Shown piece by piece: positions 1-9,323 of a stretch of 64,000 nt of DNA. How positions within the stretch are numbered: the stretch's first letter is position 1; each line of letters starts with the position of its first letter. Under the pieces are notes generated by a model, which saw only the letters and a program-made list of their open reading frames with translations, was not told the DNA's origin and did not search any database. The DNA comes from a virus. Made by a program: the position numbers and the translations under genes. Where the stretch lies: the IMG/VR virus record IMGVR_UViG_2931133163_000005; one strand, written 5' to 3'.

Positions 1-181
1 AGAGCTTTGCCGGGGCCGGGAAGCCGCAGGCCTCCAGGCTCGCGACGCTCGCGCACCACGCGCGCTTGTCCGCCTCGTCCGGTCCGACGACGGCCTCGGC
101 GATGTCCTTATCGGCCGCGAAAAGCGGCAGATCATCGAAGGTGAGGGCAGGGCGACCGGGCTTGGTGCGAGGCTTGGTCAC
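1..181 (-). CDS. Putative excisionase-like/wHTH protein, runs off the left edge
   Basis: GTG at 181 gives MTKPRTKPGRPALTFDDLPLFAADKDIAEAVVGPDEADKRAW..., resembling the DLPLFAxD proteins that flank integrases in Rhizobiales prophages. Last gene of the leftward operon. Confidence 0.45.
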   Translation of the reverse strand, partial: MTKPRTKPGRPALTFDDLPLFAADKDIAEAVVGPDEADKRAWCASVASLEACGFPAPAKL

Positions 182-183
182 GA

Positions 184-573
184 TCAGGCCCTCCACGCTC
201 GACCGGCAGCGCGGCGCATTGCTTCCTCCTGGGGTAGATCCCGCGTCGCCGGCGGCTCCGGGTCGCCGAGGGTGAGCGTCGGCGCGGATGCCTCCACGGA
301 CTGCCCGTTCCGCGCATCAGCGACCCGCGCGCGCACGTCCGGCCAGTTGCGCCGATCGGCCCACTGCGCCCAGACGTTCTGCGCGGCGTCGTGGAAGGCC
401 TCCGCCTCATCCCGCAGCTGCTCGGATCTGCGGAGCAGCGACTTCGCCTCGCGGGTCAGCATGCTGGCGCGTGTGTGCAGGTCGACCGCGCGCTTGGCGC
501 TACGGGCGGCCGCGTCGCGCATGGCGTCGGCGTAGCCGGCCGCGTAGTCGTCGCTCTCCGGCTGGCGGGTCAC
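184..573 (-). CDS. Hypothetical protein
   Basis: GTG at 573 overlaps the upstream stop (GTGA); helical sequence. Confidence 0.6.
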   Translation of the reverse strand: MTRQPESDDYAAGYADAMRDAAARSAKRAVDLHTRASMLTREAKSLLRRSEQLRDEAEAFHDAAQNVWAQWADRRNWPDVRARVADARNGQSVEASAPTLTLGDPEPPATRDLPQEEAMRRAAGRAWRA

Positions 574-842
574 GATCCGGGCCTCCCGAAGCGGAAGCCC
601 TCGATCCGGGCGATCTCGTCTCGCAGCTGGGCAAGCCTCGCGGCCTGGAGCTGGCGCGCGTAGTTCTCCGCCGCCCAGCGCTGGCGGTGCCACTGGCGCC
701 CCTCGCCGGTAAGGCAGTAGCCGAACGCGCCATAGTGGACGGTATCGCCCACGACCTTGCCCCACACCTCCAGGATCTCGCCGGCGAACAGCGGGTCGGG
801 GGTAAGGTAGACGTGCACGAGGGGCGCGGGATCTTCGGACAC
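570..842 (-). CDS. Hypothetical protein
   Basis: ORF in a tightly coupled operon. Confidence 0.7.
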   Translation of the reverse strand: MSEDPAPLVHVYLTPDPLFAGEILEVWGKVVGDTVHYGAFGYCLTGEGRQWHRQRWAAENYARQLQAARLAQLRDEIARIEGFRFGRPGS

Positions 843-845
843 TGC

Positions 846-1076
846 TTACGCCTCCGGGATCTGCGGGTGCGGGAAGGTGCGCATAGTGCCGTCGCCGGCG
901 GCCGCGCGGAGACCGTCCGAGAGCTTGCGCGCGTCCGGGCGGTCCATGACGTACCGCACGGTCACCGGCTTGGCCTGGAGCGTGAAGGCGATCGCGAGCT
1001 CGACGCCGTCGGGCAGCGGGACCGCGTCGATCGTCCAGTCGGCGCCATCGGGCGGGACGAGGCGGATTGCGGTCAT
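846..1076 (-). CDS. Hypothetical protein
   Basis: 76-aa ORF with ATGA overlap. Confidence 0.7.
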   Translation of the reverse strand: MTAIRLVPPDGADWTIDAVPLPDGVELAIAFTLQAKPVTVRYVMDRPDARKLSDGLRAAAGDGTMRTFPHPQIPEA

Positions 1077-1447
1077 GCGGGCTCTCTCCGGTGATCGTAG
1101 CTGGCCATCAGCGCATCGAAGGCACGATCGCGGGCGCCGGCGGCGCGGCGGTACGCGCGCTCGGCAGCCTCGTGAGCCTTTCGCGCGGCCTCACGGTCAG
1201 CCTGGAGCTTCGACCACGCGCGTTTGCTCATCGTGCTCGGGTCGACCCCGCGCATGAAGGGATAGTAGGCGTCGCCGGTGGCCTCCCGGCGCTCGGCGGC
1301 GACTTTCGCGCGCCGCTCCAAGACGTCGTACCGGGCGCTCCAGAGGTCGGAGGGGCGCAGGCCGTAAACCGGTCGATCCTGGAGGAGCTGCAGCAGCTCG
1401 TCGCGGTCGAGATCAGCAAGGGCGATCGGCGGCGGAGCGGTCTTCAT
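1073..1447 (-). CDS. Hypothetical protein
   Basis: 124-aa ORF with ATGA overlaps. Confidence 0.7.
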   Translation of the reverse strand: MKTAPPPIALADLDRDELLQLLQDRPVYGLRPSDLWSARYDVLERRAKVAAERREATGDAYYPFMRGVDPSTMSKRAWSKLQADREAARKAHEAAERAYRRAAGARDRAFDALMASYDHRREPA

Positions 1448-1899
1448 GCGCTCGCCCGCGAGTGACGCGTCGGATAATCGAAGACAGGCCCGTGCGAGAT
1501 CACGAGCGGCATGATACGCGCCGGTTGCCCATCCGGACGCAGGACCTGGCGCCGCGCGCGGAGACGTCGGTTTCCGGCTACGTCAAACGCATCGAAGAGG
1601 ATCACCTCGACGCGCTCCGGATCGTCCTGAGGGTCGCCTCGGCGCGGCTGGCCGTTGGCTTCCACCATCCAGCCTTCGGAGAAGAACACCCACCGCCGGA
1701 AGCCATCACGCTCGAACTTGAGCGCCATGGCCTTGCGCATCAGGTCCAGGTCAGCGCCGCCCATGCCGAGCGCCGCGATCGTAACGGCTCCGCCGGCCTC
1801 CTGGGCGACGAAGTGGGGCATCATCGCATCGTCAGGATCGAAGAGGACCTCCGCGTAGCCGGAGGCCTGGTCGACGAGGGACCGAAGCGTTCCCATCAC
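1444..1899 (-). CDS. Hypothetical protein
   Basis: 151-aa ORF with 4-nt overlaps on both sides. Confidence 0.75.
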   Translation of the reverse strand: MMGTLRSLVDQASGYAEVLFDPDDAMMPHFVAQEAGGAVTIAALGMGGADLDLMRKAMALKFERDGFRRWVFFSEGWMVEANGQPRRGDPQDDPERVEVILFDAFDVAGNRRLRARRQVLRPDGQPARIMPLVISHGPVFDYPTRHSRASA

Positions 1900-2558
1900 G
1901 CCATCCCCAGGGCTTGGCAGTACAGCTCCAGGATCGCCTCCTGCTCCTGGCGCTCGCTGTGGTCCTGCTTGCGGATGCGCAGGATCGTCCGGACGGCCTT
2001 TGCGTCGAAGCCCCGGCCCTTCAGCTCGGCGAACACCTCCTTGATGTTGCCCATGATGCCGGCCTTCTCCTCCTCGAGGCGCTCCAGGCGCTCGATGAAG
2101 GCCTTCAGCTCGTCGGCCGCGACGCCTTCGGCGGCGGTGACGTCGCCGGCGGTGGACAGGCCCGCGGTCATGCCGGCCGCCCCAGCGCTCGAACAGTCCA
2201 CCTCTCCGGTCGTCCGAAGCGCGGGGTCGGCGCCGATCCGCTCCCGTGCGATCCGCGTCATCTCGGCGAAAACGACCGGCAAGAGTTCGAGAGCCTTTGC
2301 ATCGTCGCCGTTGGCCAGGGTGAGCGTGAGGCTCGCCACGGCGCCGGCATTGGCGCGCAAGGTCACGGCGCTGCTGAAGGCAACATCGTCGGTCAAGTCG
2401 AGCAGCTCGCTGAAGCCGATCGTCGTCGTCTCCGTGATGTCGATCAGCATCCGCCGGCCGATGGCAGAGGTCGCATCTCGGGGCGGACGGTCGGCGCTCT
2501 TGCGCCTTGCGGCCGCAGCAGTGCTGATCGCGAGATCTTTGTACTTGGTCGAGGCCAT
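1896..2558 (-). CDS. gapR: GapR/DUF2312 (UPF0335) domain protein with N-terminal extension
   Basis: C-terminus [74 protein letters not shown] is a typical DUF2312 sequence. Confidence 0.9.
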   Translation of the reverse strand: MASTKYKDLAISTAAAARRKSADRPPRDATSAIGRRMLIDITETTTIGFSELLDLTDDVAFSSAVTLRANAGAVASLTLTLANGDDAKALELLPVVFAEMTRIARERIGADPALRTTGEVDCSSAGAAGMTAGLSTAGDVTAAEGVAADELKAFIERLERLEEEKAGIMGNIKEVFAELKGRGFDAKAVRTILRIRKQDHSERQEQEAILELYCQALGMA

Positions 2559-2565
2559 GGCGCCC

Positions 2566-2895
2566 TCAGCTCCACACGATGCGGTCGAAGATCACCGCCG
2601 GGCCGGCGATGCAGGGAAGCGTTTCCGGGTCGTCGGCCGGATGGTTGCGCAGCCACGCGGCGCGATAGATCGCGGTGGCCGCCTCGTTGCGGGGCAGGCC
2701 TTCGCCATGGCCGTCCTCGTGGACGAACATTTCGGTGCGGCGCCCTTCGTGGAGTACGGCCACGTGCTCGGGCCGGCCGGTCAGGATCGGCTCCAGGACG
2801 TCGCGCAGCTCGGCGAGTCCGGGATCCCCAGCCATGTCGACGGACCGGTCCTCGCGGGTGCCGTCGGCGCGCAGGATGATGAGGGCGGTCTTCAC
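2566..2895 (-). CDS. Conserved phage protein (DUF3846-like)
   Basis: [18 protein letters not shown]...IAGPAVIF pattern. Confidence 0.55.
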   Translation of the reverse strand: MKTALIILRADGTREDRSVDMAGDPGLAELRDVLEPILTGRPEHVAVLHEGRRTEMFVHEDGHGEGLPRNEAATAIYRAAWLRNHPADDPETLPCIAGPAVIFDRIVWS

Positions 2896-3257
2896 GACGC
2901 GGCCTCGGCCGGAGCGCGCTCTGCGACCTGCGGGGGCGACCAGGTGGGCCGCTCCGCCGCCTGGCGCCGAGCGAAGGCGGCCCGGATCTCGGGGACGCGG
3001 CCGAGGGCGAGCTTCGCGGCGAGGCGTCCCGGCGGGTTGTAGCGCAGGCCGGTCGGCAGTCCCTGCATCAGCGCGCGTGCCGGATCCCGGTAGGCGTGGA
3101 CCTGCGCCTCCGTGAAGCCCGCCTGGAACAGGTGGGCCATCGTGCAGGCCTCCTCGGGCCCGGTCGTCCGGTCCTGCATCACCCGCACCATGCGGATGAC
3201 ATGTTCGAGCGCGTCAGGCGCGCGGCGGGCGGCATGGATCATGGACGGCGACGTCAT
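2892..3257 (-). CDS. Hypothetical protein
   Basis: ATG at 3257 overlaps the upstream stop. Confidence 0.65.
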   Translation of the reverse strand: MTSPSMIHAARRAPDALEHVIRMVRVMQDRTTGPEEACTMAHLFQAGFTEAQVHAYRDPARALMQGLPTGLRYNPPGRLAAKLALGRVPEIRAAFARRQAAERPTWSPPQVAERAPAEAAS

Positions 3258-3913
3258 GGGCGGGCCTCCTGAGGCTGCGGGGTGGATCGACGGGGCCGGG
3301 ACGACCGGGCGGACTTCGGTTTGCGGGCCTTCTTCGGTTTGGCGGCCGCGGCTTCCTGCGGGGTGGGACCGCGCCAGGTCTGCGACCACTCAGGCCCGAA
3401 CAGACCGTCGTTGCCCGGCACGATCAGGCGGAGCGCGATCGCACGATCGGCGACGGCCACGCGTACCCGCCGGCCAGATGGCGCCAGCCGGAAACCGCGC
3501 GCGCCATCAGCGCTGACGGTCACCACCAGGACGGCGCCAGCGCTGAGCTCCGCGAGCAGATGCAACACGGGCTTCGCGGTGCGCTTCTTCGGCAGGACGA
3601 CGATCGCCGGCTCGGTCGCGACCGGTCGGGGCGCCTCCGGCTCGCCCGCGCCGTTCCATTCGGCATCCGTGGCGGTCCACGCGCGGCGGCGGGCCTCCGC
3701 ACGGACCTGCAGCTCGACCTCGGCGATCCACGCCTCGATCCGAGCAGCGACGTCGCGCCCAGTCGGGACGAGGTACGTCCAGGGCTCGACCGCAGCCTGC
3801 AGGCGCGGGAACGACTTGCGCAGCCCGACGACGAGCCAGAACTGGCGCGGCAGGCTCACGAGGAAGCCGCCGGAGATCTCCGCGACGCCGATCGGGACCG
3901 GGACGGGCTTCAC
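3254..3913 (-). CDS. Hypothetical protein with basic C-terminal tail
   Basis: GTG at 3913 overlaps the DUF5131 stop. Confidence 0.6.
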   Translation of the reverse strand: MKPVPVPIGVAEISGGFLVSLPRQFWLVVGLRKSFPRLQAAVEPWTYLVPTGRDVAARIEAWIAEVELQVRAEARRRAWTATDAEWNGAGEPEAPRPVATEPAIVVLPKKRTAKPVLHLLAELSAGAVLVVTVSADGARGFRLAPSGRRVRVAVADRAIALRLIVPGNDGLFGPEWSQTWRGPTPQEAAAAKPKKARKPKSARSSRPRRSTPQPQEARP

Positions 3914-5055
3914 GGCGAGATCTCCGGGAAGCCGTCGTACTGGCGACCGTCGAGCAGCCGACCGGCGATGCGCTTGCCGTGCCGCTCCAGCGTCAGGGCT
4001 GGCCCGAGGAGATCGTCGTCGCGCGTCGGGATGGCGAGCTTCACCAGCGGCGCGTGCGGCCGCTCCAGCGTCAGGACCTCGCCGCGGTAGGTGCGACGCG
4101 CCGACGGCTCGGCGTTGAACTCCGCGCCCGGGCCCCACTCCCCCCATTGCTTGAACAGGAACGGCACGCCGGCGCCGAGGCACTGATCCCGGACCACACG
4201 AAACCAGTCGGGATGCGCGGCAGCTGCATCGCAGCCGGACATACCGCCGGCGATCACCTGCGCGCGGCGGCCGAGCGCTAGGAAGTCCCGCGGCAGGTCG
4301 AGCGGCCCGATCGCGGGCTCGTAGGACAGGAAGATCGTGTAGCCGAGCGCGGCGAGCTCCCGCATCGCGGGCCAGCGCGTGTCGAACTCCGCTTGGCGTT
4401 CGGCTGAGAAGCCGAGCCACACGTTGATCGGACGATCGGGCCACCAGCGCGGCCCTTCCATCCAGTCGTAGGTCGGGAAGGCGGCGCCCGCCGGCGGCGC
4501 GCCCATCGTGTCGAGGAAGTCCGCGAAAAGCCGGGCCCGGCCGCTCGTGTGTGCCGCCCGCACCGCATCCGGTCCGCGCGCCATGGTGGGCCCGAGGTCC
4601 TCAGGCTCGACGTCGTGCCAGCGCCGGACGAAGTCCAGCATCACGTCCGGCCGCTTCGTGAGCAGCTGCAGGATGTGTCGGCCCTGGATGCGGTAGGCCA
4701 TCATCCAGATCCGCATCGCGTAGCCGAGCGGGCGCGCCTCGTGGAACAGGTCGCTCATGTCGCCCACGAAGATCAGCGACGGCCGGCCGACGCCGAGCCG
4801 AGGGCTGGACGCGCCGCGCCATTTCAGCGGCCATGTCCAGGTCGGGTGATCGAACGGCAGGGCCGTCAGGTGCCCGTTGAAGACAGGCTTGCCCTTCACG
4901 GGCGTCGTCGTGCCGGCGTAGAGCGGGTGCCGGGCGAGGCGTGTGCCGGCGAGCTGCTGGGCGTAGCACGGCGCACAGCCGGCGCTCCGGATCGAGCAGC
5001 CGCCGATCGGGTTCCAAGTGGCATCCGTCCACTCGATAGGGCTCGGCCCACTCAC
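3910..5055 (-). CDS. DUF5131 (phage Gp37/Gp68) three-Cys radical-SAM-like protein
   Basis: IEWTDATWNPIGGCSIRSAGCAPCYA (CX6CX2C), FVGDMSDLFH, LQLLTKRP, FLSYEPAIGP, FLFKQWGEW. Confidence 0.92.
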   Translation of the reverse strand: MSGPSPIEWTDATWNPIGGCSIRSAGCAPCYAQQLAGTRLARHPLYAGTTTPVKGKPVFNGHLTALPFDHPTWTWPLKWRGASSPRLGVGRPSLIFVGDMSDLFHEARPLGYAMRIWMMAYRIQGRHILQLLTKRPDVMLDFVRRWHDVEPEDLGPTMARGPDAVRAAHTSGRARLFADFLDTMGAPPAGAAFPTYDWMEGPRWWPDRPINVWLGFSAERQAEFDTRWPAMRELAALGYTIFLSYEPAIGPLDLPRDFLALGRRAQVIAGGMSGCDAAAAHPDWFRVVRDQCLGAGVPFLFKQWGEWGPGAEFNAEPSARRTYRGEVLTLERPHAPLVKLAIPTRDDDLLGPALTLERHGKRIAGRLLDGRQYDGFPEISP

Positions 5056-5321
5056 GACGCCACCTCGTACAGATCCTCGGCGATCACCGGGCCGTTGAGG
5101 AAGCGGATCGCCTCGTCGAGGTCGGCGCAGCGGTGGCCATCGACCGACCAGGTCACCTGCGCCGGCGAGGTCCGGGTGCCGCGGTAGTAGTGCTTCACCA
5201 GCCGCGGGTGCCGGTCGCAGCGCCACTCGAACATGGCGCCGCCGCGAGCGAGCGTCGCGTGAGAGATCATGGTCGACGGCGAGCCGCGCAGGCTGTCCCG
5301 GCTGATGGGTTGATCAGCCAT
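5052..5321 (-). CDS. Hypothetical protein
   Basis: ATG at 5321; coupled overlaps. Confidence 0.6.
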   Translation of the reverse strand: MADQPISRDSLRGSPSTMISHATLARGGAMFEWRCDRHPRLVKHYYRGTRTSPAQVTWSVDGHRCADLDEAIRFLNGPVIAEDLYEVAS

Positions 5322-5733
5322 GATCGTGCCCTCCACCGTCGACGCCGGCCGTGCACAGGTCGTCGGCCGCCCAGCTGCAACCTTCCTCGCAGGCATCGTT
5401 CTGCGAGCATCCGCAGCACCGGCAGACGCCGCCGAGGCTCGCGGGAATGCGGGGTCGATCGTCCGAGGCGTCGAGCGCATCGTCCGGCAGGACCTCGTCC
5501 ACCGCATGGCTGAGGGCCGCCTCCATCTCGTTGCAGGCCGTGAAGCCGACGCGCTCGTAGAGCTCGGGCAGATCTTCCGAGTCGGCCCGTTCGGCGAGCC
5601 GAAGGGCGCAGACCATCTCCAGGGCGGCGATGCCGACCTGCGCACGCGCATCCTCGCCGAGTTTCGACCACGCTTCAGCGCCGTCGAAGCGCTCGGGAGC
5701 TGGGCGCGCCAAGAGTTCGGAGATCTCCGGCAT
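5314..5733 (-). CDS. Hypothetical protein with C-terminal Cys-rich motif
   Basis: CRCCGCSQNDACEEGCSWAADDLCT motif, common in phage proteins. Confidence 0.7.
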   Translation of the reverse strand: MPEISELLARPAPERFDGAEAWSKLGEDARAQVGIAALEMVCALRLAERADSEDLPELYERVGFTACNEMEAALSHAVDEVLPDDALDASDDRPRIPASLGGVCRCCGCSQNDACEEGCSWAADDLCTAGVDGGGHDHG

Positions 5734-6053
5734 CAGCGCGGCTCCTCGGTCGGCTTCACGGTCAGGACCACGTCACAGCCGACGGCTGTCTTCAGCTGCT
5801 CGGCGAACTGTTCGATGCGGGCAGCGATCGCGCCCGGCTGACCGGGATCCGGGACCGTGATCTCGGCCGAGAGCTGCGGGATGTTCCACAGCGCCTTCGG
5901 CAGCCGGACCTCGACGCGCATGGCGCGCTCGTCGGGCGAGAGCCGCGGGGACTCGCGATTGAGGCGCACGTTGCCCGCCTGGTCGAACGTGAGCCAGAGC
6001 CCGAAGATGATCTCCGTCGGCGTGGACCGGTGGTGCTTGCCGGACGCGCTCAT
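5733..6053 (-). CDS. Hypothetical protein
   Basis: ATG at 6053 overlaps the upstream stop. Confidence 0.65.
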   Translation of the reverse strand: MSASGKHHRSTPTEIIFGLWLTFDQAGNVRLNRESPRLSPDERAMRVEVRLPKALWNIPQLSAEITVPDPGQPGAIAARIEQFAEQLKTAVGCDVVLTVKPTEEPR

Positions 6054-6418
6054 GCCAGGACTCCGAACAGATCCCCGGTGATCGGCTTGCCGTTCGTCGC
6101 TACAGCCGGCCGCACGCCGTGCTCGGCCAGCGCACGCAGGTCCGGGATCATCTCCAGCTCGACCTCGGCCCGGGTGTATTCCCAGCCGGGCAGGCAGGCG
6201 TGCTGGAAGCGGTCGTTGACCTGGAGGAAGCCAGGCAGGTTCGCCCAGGTGACGTGGCATTCGCCGCGGCGGGGGCTGCTGAGGGTGAGAAACACGACAT
6301 CGCGCGCGCCGCGGGTCGAGGGATCGGCGATGGCGGCGGCCAGGGCGCGAGCGGCGATCGCCGCATCGGCGCGCTCCTGCATGGTCGGCGGTGGGAGCTT
6401 TGGGGCGCGGCGGGTCAT
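6050..6418 (-). CDS. Hypothetical protein
   Basis: ATG at 6418 overlaps the upstream stop. Confidence 0.65.
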   Translation of the reverse strand: MTRRAPKLPPPTMQERADAAIAARALAAAIADPSTRGARDVVFLTLSSPRRGECHVTWANLPGFLQVNDRFQHACLPGWEYTRAEVELEMIPDLRALAEHGVRPAVATNGKPITGDLFGVLA

Positions 6419-6774
6419 GCTGCGACCTCGGCTGCCGAGGGCCGCGCGTCGGCGCGGAGCACGATGACGGGCTTGAACCGGAGGATACTGATCCGCGTCG
6501 GCACCGGCTCGCCGCGGGCCTTCATGGCCTCGATTTCGGCGTCGGAGGGCGCCGCCGGGTCGTACTGCATCACCATCCAGTACGGCTTGCCGCCAGCTCG
6601 GATGAAGGCGTGATCGAACGCGCCGTCGAGGCGCCGCCACATCTTCCCGGGGGTCGTGCCCGTCGGGTAGCTGGCGCTGTAGTCCCGCAGGTCCTCGAAC
6701 TGCTGAGGGGTGAGGCGCAGGCGGGGAAGCGTCGCGACGAAGTCGCGCGGCTGGGGTACGACGCGCTCGCTCAC
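6415..6774 (-). CDS. Hypothetical protein
   Basis: GTG at 6774 overlaps the upstream stop. Confidence 0.65.
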   Translation of the reverse strand: MSERVVPQPRDFVATLPRLRLTPQQFEDLRDYSASYPTGTTPGKMWRRLDGAFDHAFIRAGGKPYWMVMQYDPAAPSDAEIEAMKARGEPVPTRISILRFKPVIVLRADARPSAAEVAA

Positions 6775-6992
6775 AGCTCGTACCCCTTCAGGTCGTGGTA
6801 GGCCCGGATCATCCGGGTGAGATCGCCGGACTCGATCGCCTGCTGGCCGCGCTCGACCGCGGCCTCCATCAAGTCGGCGGCGATGAAGCCCATCTCGACC
6901 TGGCGGTACTGGCCAGCGATCTTGGTGACGCGGACCATCTCGCGGGGGAGCGCGGCGGCGAGGGTGTCGGACTGGGGGCGGTCGGTCGTCAT
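6771..6992 (-). CDS. Hypothetical protein
   Basis: 73-aa coupled ORF. Confidence 0.7.
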   Translation of the reverse strand: MTTDRPQSDTLAAALPREMVRVTKIAGQYRQVEMGFIAADLMEAAVERGQQAIESGDLTRMIRAYHDLKGYEL

Positions 6993-7834
6993 ACCGCCGC
7001 CTCCGCAGAGGCTTCGCGGTCGCCGACCAGCAGCTCCACGAAGGCGAACTTGTCGACCTTGCGGATGTCGATGTGGCCGAGATGGTCGAGAATGAACCGG
7101 CGCAGCTCGGCCGGCTCGATCGTCCAGACGTCACCGCCCTGCTGGATCCGCCGCTCCGTGCCGCGCCGGCCGGCCTTAAGGCGCCCATCGATGCAACGGG
7201 TCGTGACGAACTTCTCATCGACCCCCAGGATCCTCGCGGCGGCGTGCGCCGAGAGCGTCTCATGCGTGCGGCGGGACAGGTTCAGTCGCTTGGCCTTGAC
7301 CGTGATCGAGGTCGCCGATCGGCTGAAGCCGTGCTCGCGGAAGATCCGCGATGCTTTCTTGGGGTCATGCAGCGGTACACGCCGCATGAGCGCGACCTCG
7401 GCATCCGTCCAGTTCGGCTCCTTGAGGCGCGGCATCGTCAAACCGAGCTCCGCCATCCGCCGCGAGAGCTGGTGACGGCGCACGTCCAGCTCGACCGCGA
7501 GCGCCGCCACCGCGCCGCGCCGCGTCAGCGTTGGAAAGGCGTCGCGGATCCGCGCGTCCATCTCCGGGGTGAACTCGGCCGGCTTCCGCTCGAGCGGCGC
7601 CGCCGGCGCCCTGAGGCCGAGCGCGTTCGCCTTCGCGTAGATCTTCGCCAGGGAATGCCGCGGCAGGAACGGCACACAGCCGGAAGGTCCCACGGCGCCG
7701 TAGCGCGAGCGCAAGATCGCGATCTCTTCTTCGGTCCAGTACCGCTCGTGACGCTTGCCTGGGACGTACGGTGCCGAGATCCGCGGCTCGTGGGCGCGTT
7801 CCTTCTGGAAGCTGACGGGCTTGAGGGCGTTCAT
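6989..7834 (-). CDS. DNA-binding protein with three Myb/SANT-like repeats and a C-terminal HTH_17-like domain
   Basis: Repeats begin WTEEEIAILR, FTPEMDARIR and WTDAEVALMR; then TLSAHAAARILGVDEKFV...GRLKA...WTIEPAELRRF. Confidence 0.7.
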   Translation of the reverse strand: MNALKPVSFQKERAHEPRISAPYVPGKRHERYWTEEEIAILRSRYGAVGPSGCVPFLPRHSLAKIYAKANALGLRAPAAPLERKPAEFTPEMDARIRDAFPTLTRRGAVAALAVELDVRRHQLSRRMAELGLTMPRLKEPNWTDAEVALMRRVPLHDPKKASRIFREHGFSRSATSITVKAKRLNLSRRTHETLSAHAAARILGVDEKFVTTRCIDGRLKAGRRGTERRIQQGGDVWTIEPAELRRFILDHLGHIDIRKVDKFAFVELLVGDREASAEAAV

Positions 7835-9135
7835 CGGCCGAGCTCCCGGGCCAGCTTGCGCTCGACGCGCACCGCGCGATCGGCGCCGTCCCCGTCGAAT
7901 TCCAGCGCGCCCTGCGCATCGAGTAGCGCCAAGCCGCCAGCGAGCTCCGGTTCCCCTATTTCGAGGAACGCCGCGAGCTCCGCGACGCGAGCGCCTTCCG
8001 GAGCGAGTGGCAGGAGCGCGCCCCACGCCCGGCCGGCGGCGGCGAAGCCGGGGTCCCGGATGAAGGCGCGCACGGCGCGATACCCGGGTGAGCTCGTGCC
8101 ACGCGTCTCCGCGTCCATGGCGCTCGCCTCCTCAAGCGCGTCGACGTCGAGGAGGCGCGCGGCCGTCTCCGCGTCGAGGCGCGCCGGGCCGGTCAGGCGC
8201 GGCGAGGCACCTCGATGGTATGTCCGCACCGGTCCGACCCGCAGGACGCACGGCGCCCGGGAGAAGGCTGCGCCGACGGCCACGAAGTCCCCCGGCTTGA
8301 GGAGCGGCAACCGGTCCGAGGCGCGTCGGAAATCCCATCCGATCGTCTCCGCTGCCCGGCGGATGTCGAGGTCGAGCGTGCTCAGGCCGATCAGGAAGTT
8401 CTGCGCCTCGGAGACTACCGATTTGGCCAGCCGGCGGATCTGCTGTGTGGCCAAGACGCCAGCGAGCCCGCGCTTGCGGCCGCGGCTCATCAGGTCGGCG
8501 ATCGCGCCGATCGAAGCGTTGCGCACGGAGGGCGGCACGTCGGAATGACCGCCGTGCGGCGCGAGCAGGTGCGCCTCGTCGATGACGACGAGCGTCGTGT
8601 GCCAGTGCTCCGGTGCGACCTCGACCAGGCCGAAGATGAGGCCGGTCGCCATCGCCATCTGTGCCTCGCGCGGCAGATCGGAGAGATCCACGACGACGGA
8701 GAGGCGATGCTCGCGCAGGCGGCGCGCCAGCCGGGTCATCGCCGCGGCGTCGAAGCGATGCGCCTCGATCTTGAGGTGACCGAACGCGGCCGGGACGCCG
8801 GCGAACTCACCCTCAACGTCGATGATGACCTGCTGCACCCGCTCGGCGGTCTGCTCGACAAGGCGCCGCAGCGTCCACGACTTGCCGGCCCCGGACATGC
8901 CCTGGACCAGGAGCCGCCCCTCGAGGAGCTTCTGCAGGTCGACGCCGACGGCGCCGCCCGCGTCCGCCTCGCCGATGACGACGTCGTTGAGGCGCGGCGG
9001 AAGGGGAGCCGGGCGGCTCGGCATTGTCCTAGCAGCCGCCGGCGGAGCGGCAGCAACGGCGCCGGTGTGGGCGGCCTCTTCGGCCAAAAGCGCCAGGACC
9101 TCGTCGTTGACACGATCGTCGATGCGCAGGCTCAT
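7831..9135 (-). CDS. HerA/DUF87-like P-loop ATPase with C-terminal wHTH-like segment
   Basis: Walker A QGMSGAGKS, Walker B LVVIDEAH, SRGRKRGLAGVLATQ motif. Confidence 0.85.
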   Translation of the reverse strand: MSLRIDDRVNDEVLALLAEEAAHTGAVAAAPPAAARTMPSRPAPLPPRLNDVVIGEADAGGAVGVDLQKLLEGRLLVQGMSGAGKSWTLRRLVEQTAERVQQVIIDVEGEFAGVPAAFGHLKIEAHRFDAAAMTRLARRLREHRLSVVVDLSDLPREAQMAMATGLIFGLVEVAPEHWHTTLVVIDEAHLLAPHGGHSDVPPSVRNASIGAIADLMSRGRKRGLAGVLATQQIRRLAKSVVSEAQNFLIGLSTLDLDIRRAAETIGWDFRRASDRLPLLKPGDFVAVGAAFSRAPCVLRVGPVRTYHRGASPRLTGPARLDAETAARLLDVDALEEASAMDAETRGTSSPGYRAVRAFIRDPGFAAAGRAWGALLPLAPEGARVAELAAFLEIGEPELAGGLALLDAQGALEFDGDGADRAVRVERKLARELGR

Positions 9136-9323
9136 CCGATGCGCCTCCCCGTATCGCGGGCCTCGGCCCGGGCGTTGTCGTTGGCGGCTGCTTCCGCCGC
9201 GGCTTTCCGCGCCGCGCGCCTCCGCAGGCGCTCGTCCAGCACCGGGATCAGGATGATCGCGACGACGATCGACAGGACGAGGAGGCCCATAGCGATGGCG
9301 AGCGGGGCGGAGCGGCCGGTCAT
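9132..9323 (-). CDS. Small single-TM protein
   Basis: Hydrophobic LAIAMGLLVLSIVVAIILIPVL segment followed by a basic tail. Confidence 0.65.
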   Translation of the reverse strand: MTGRSAPLAIAMGLLVLSIVVAIILIPVLDERLRRRAARKAAAEAAANDNARAEARDTGRRIG

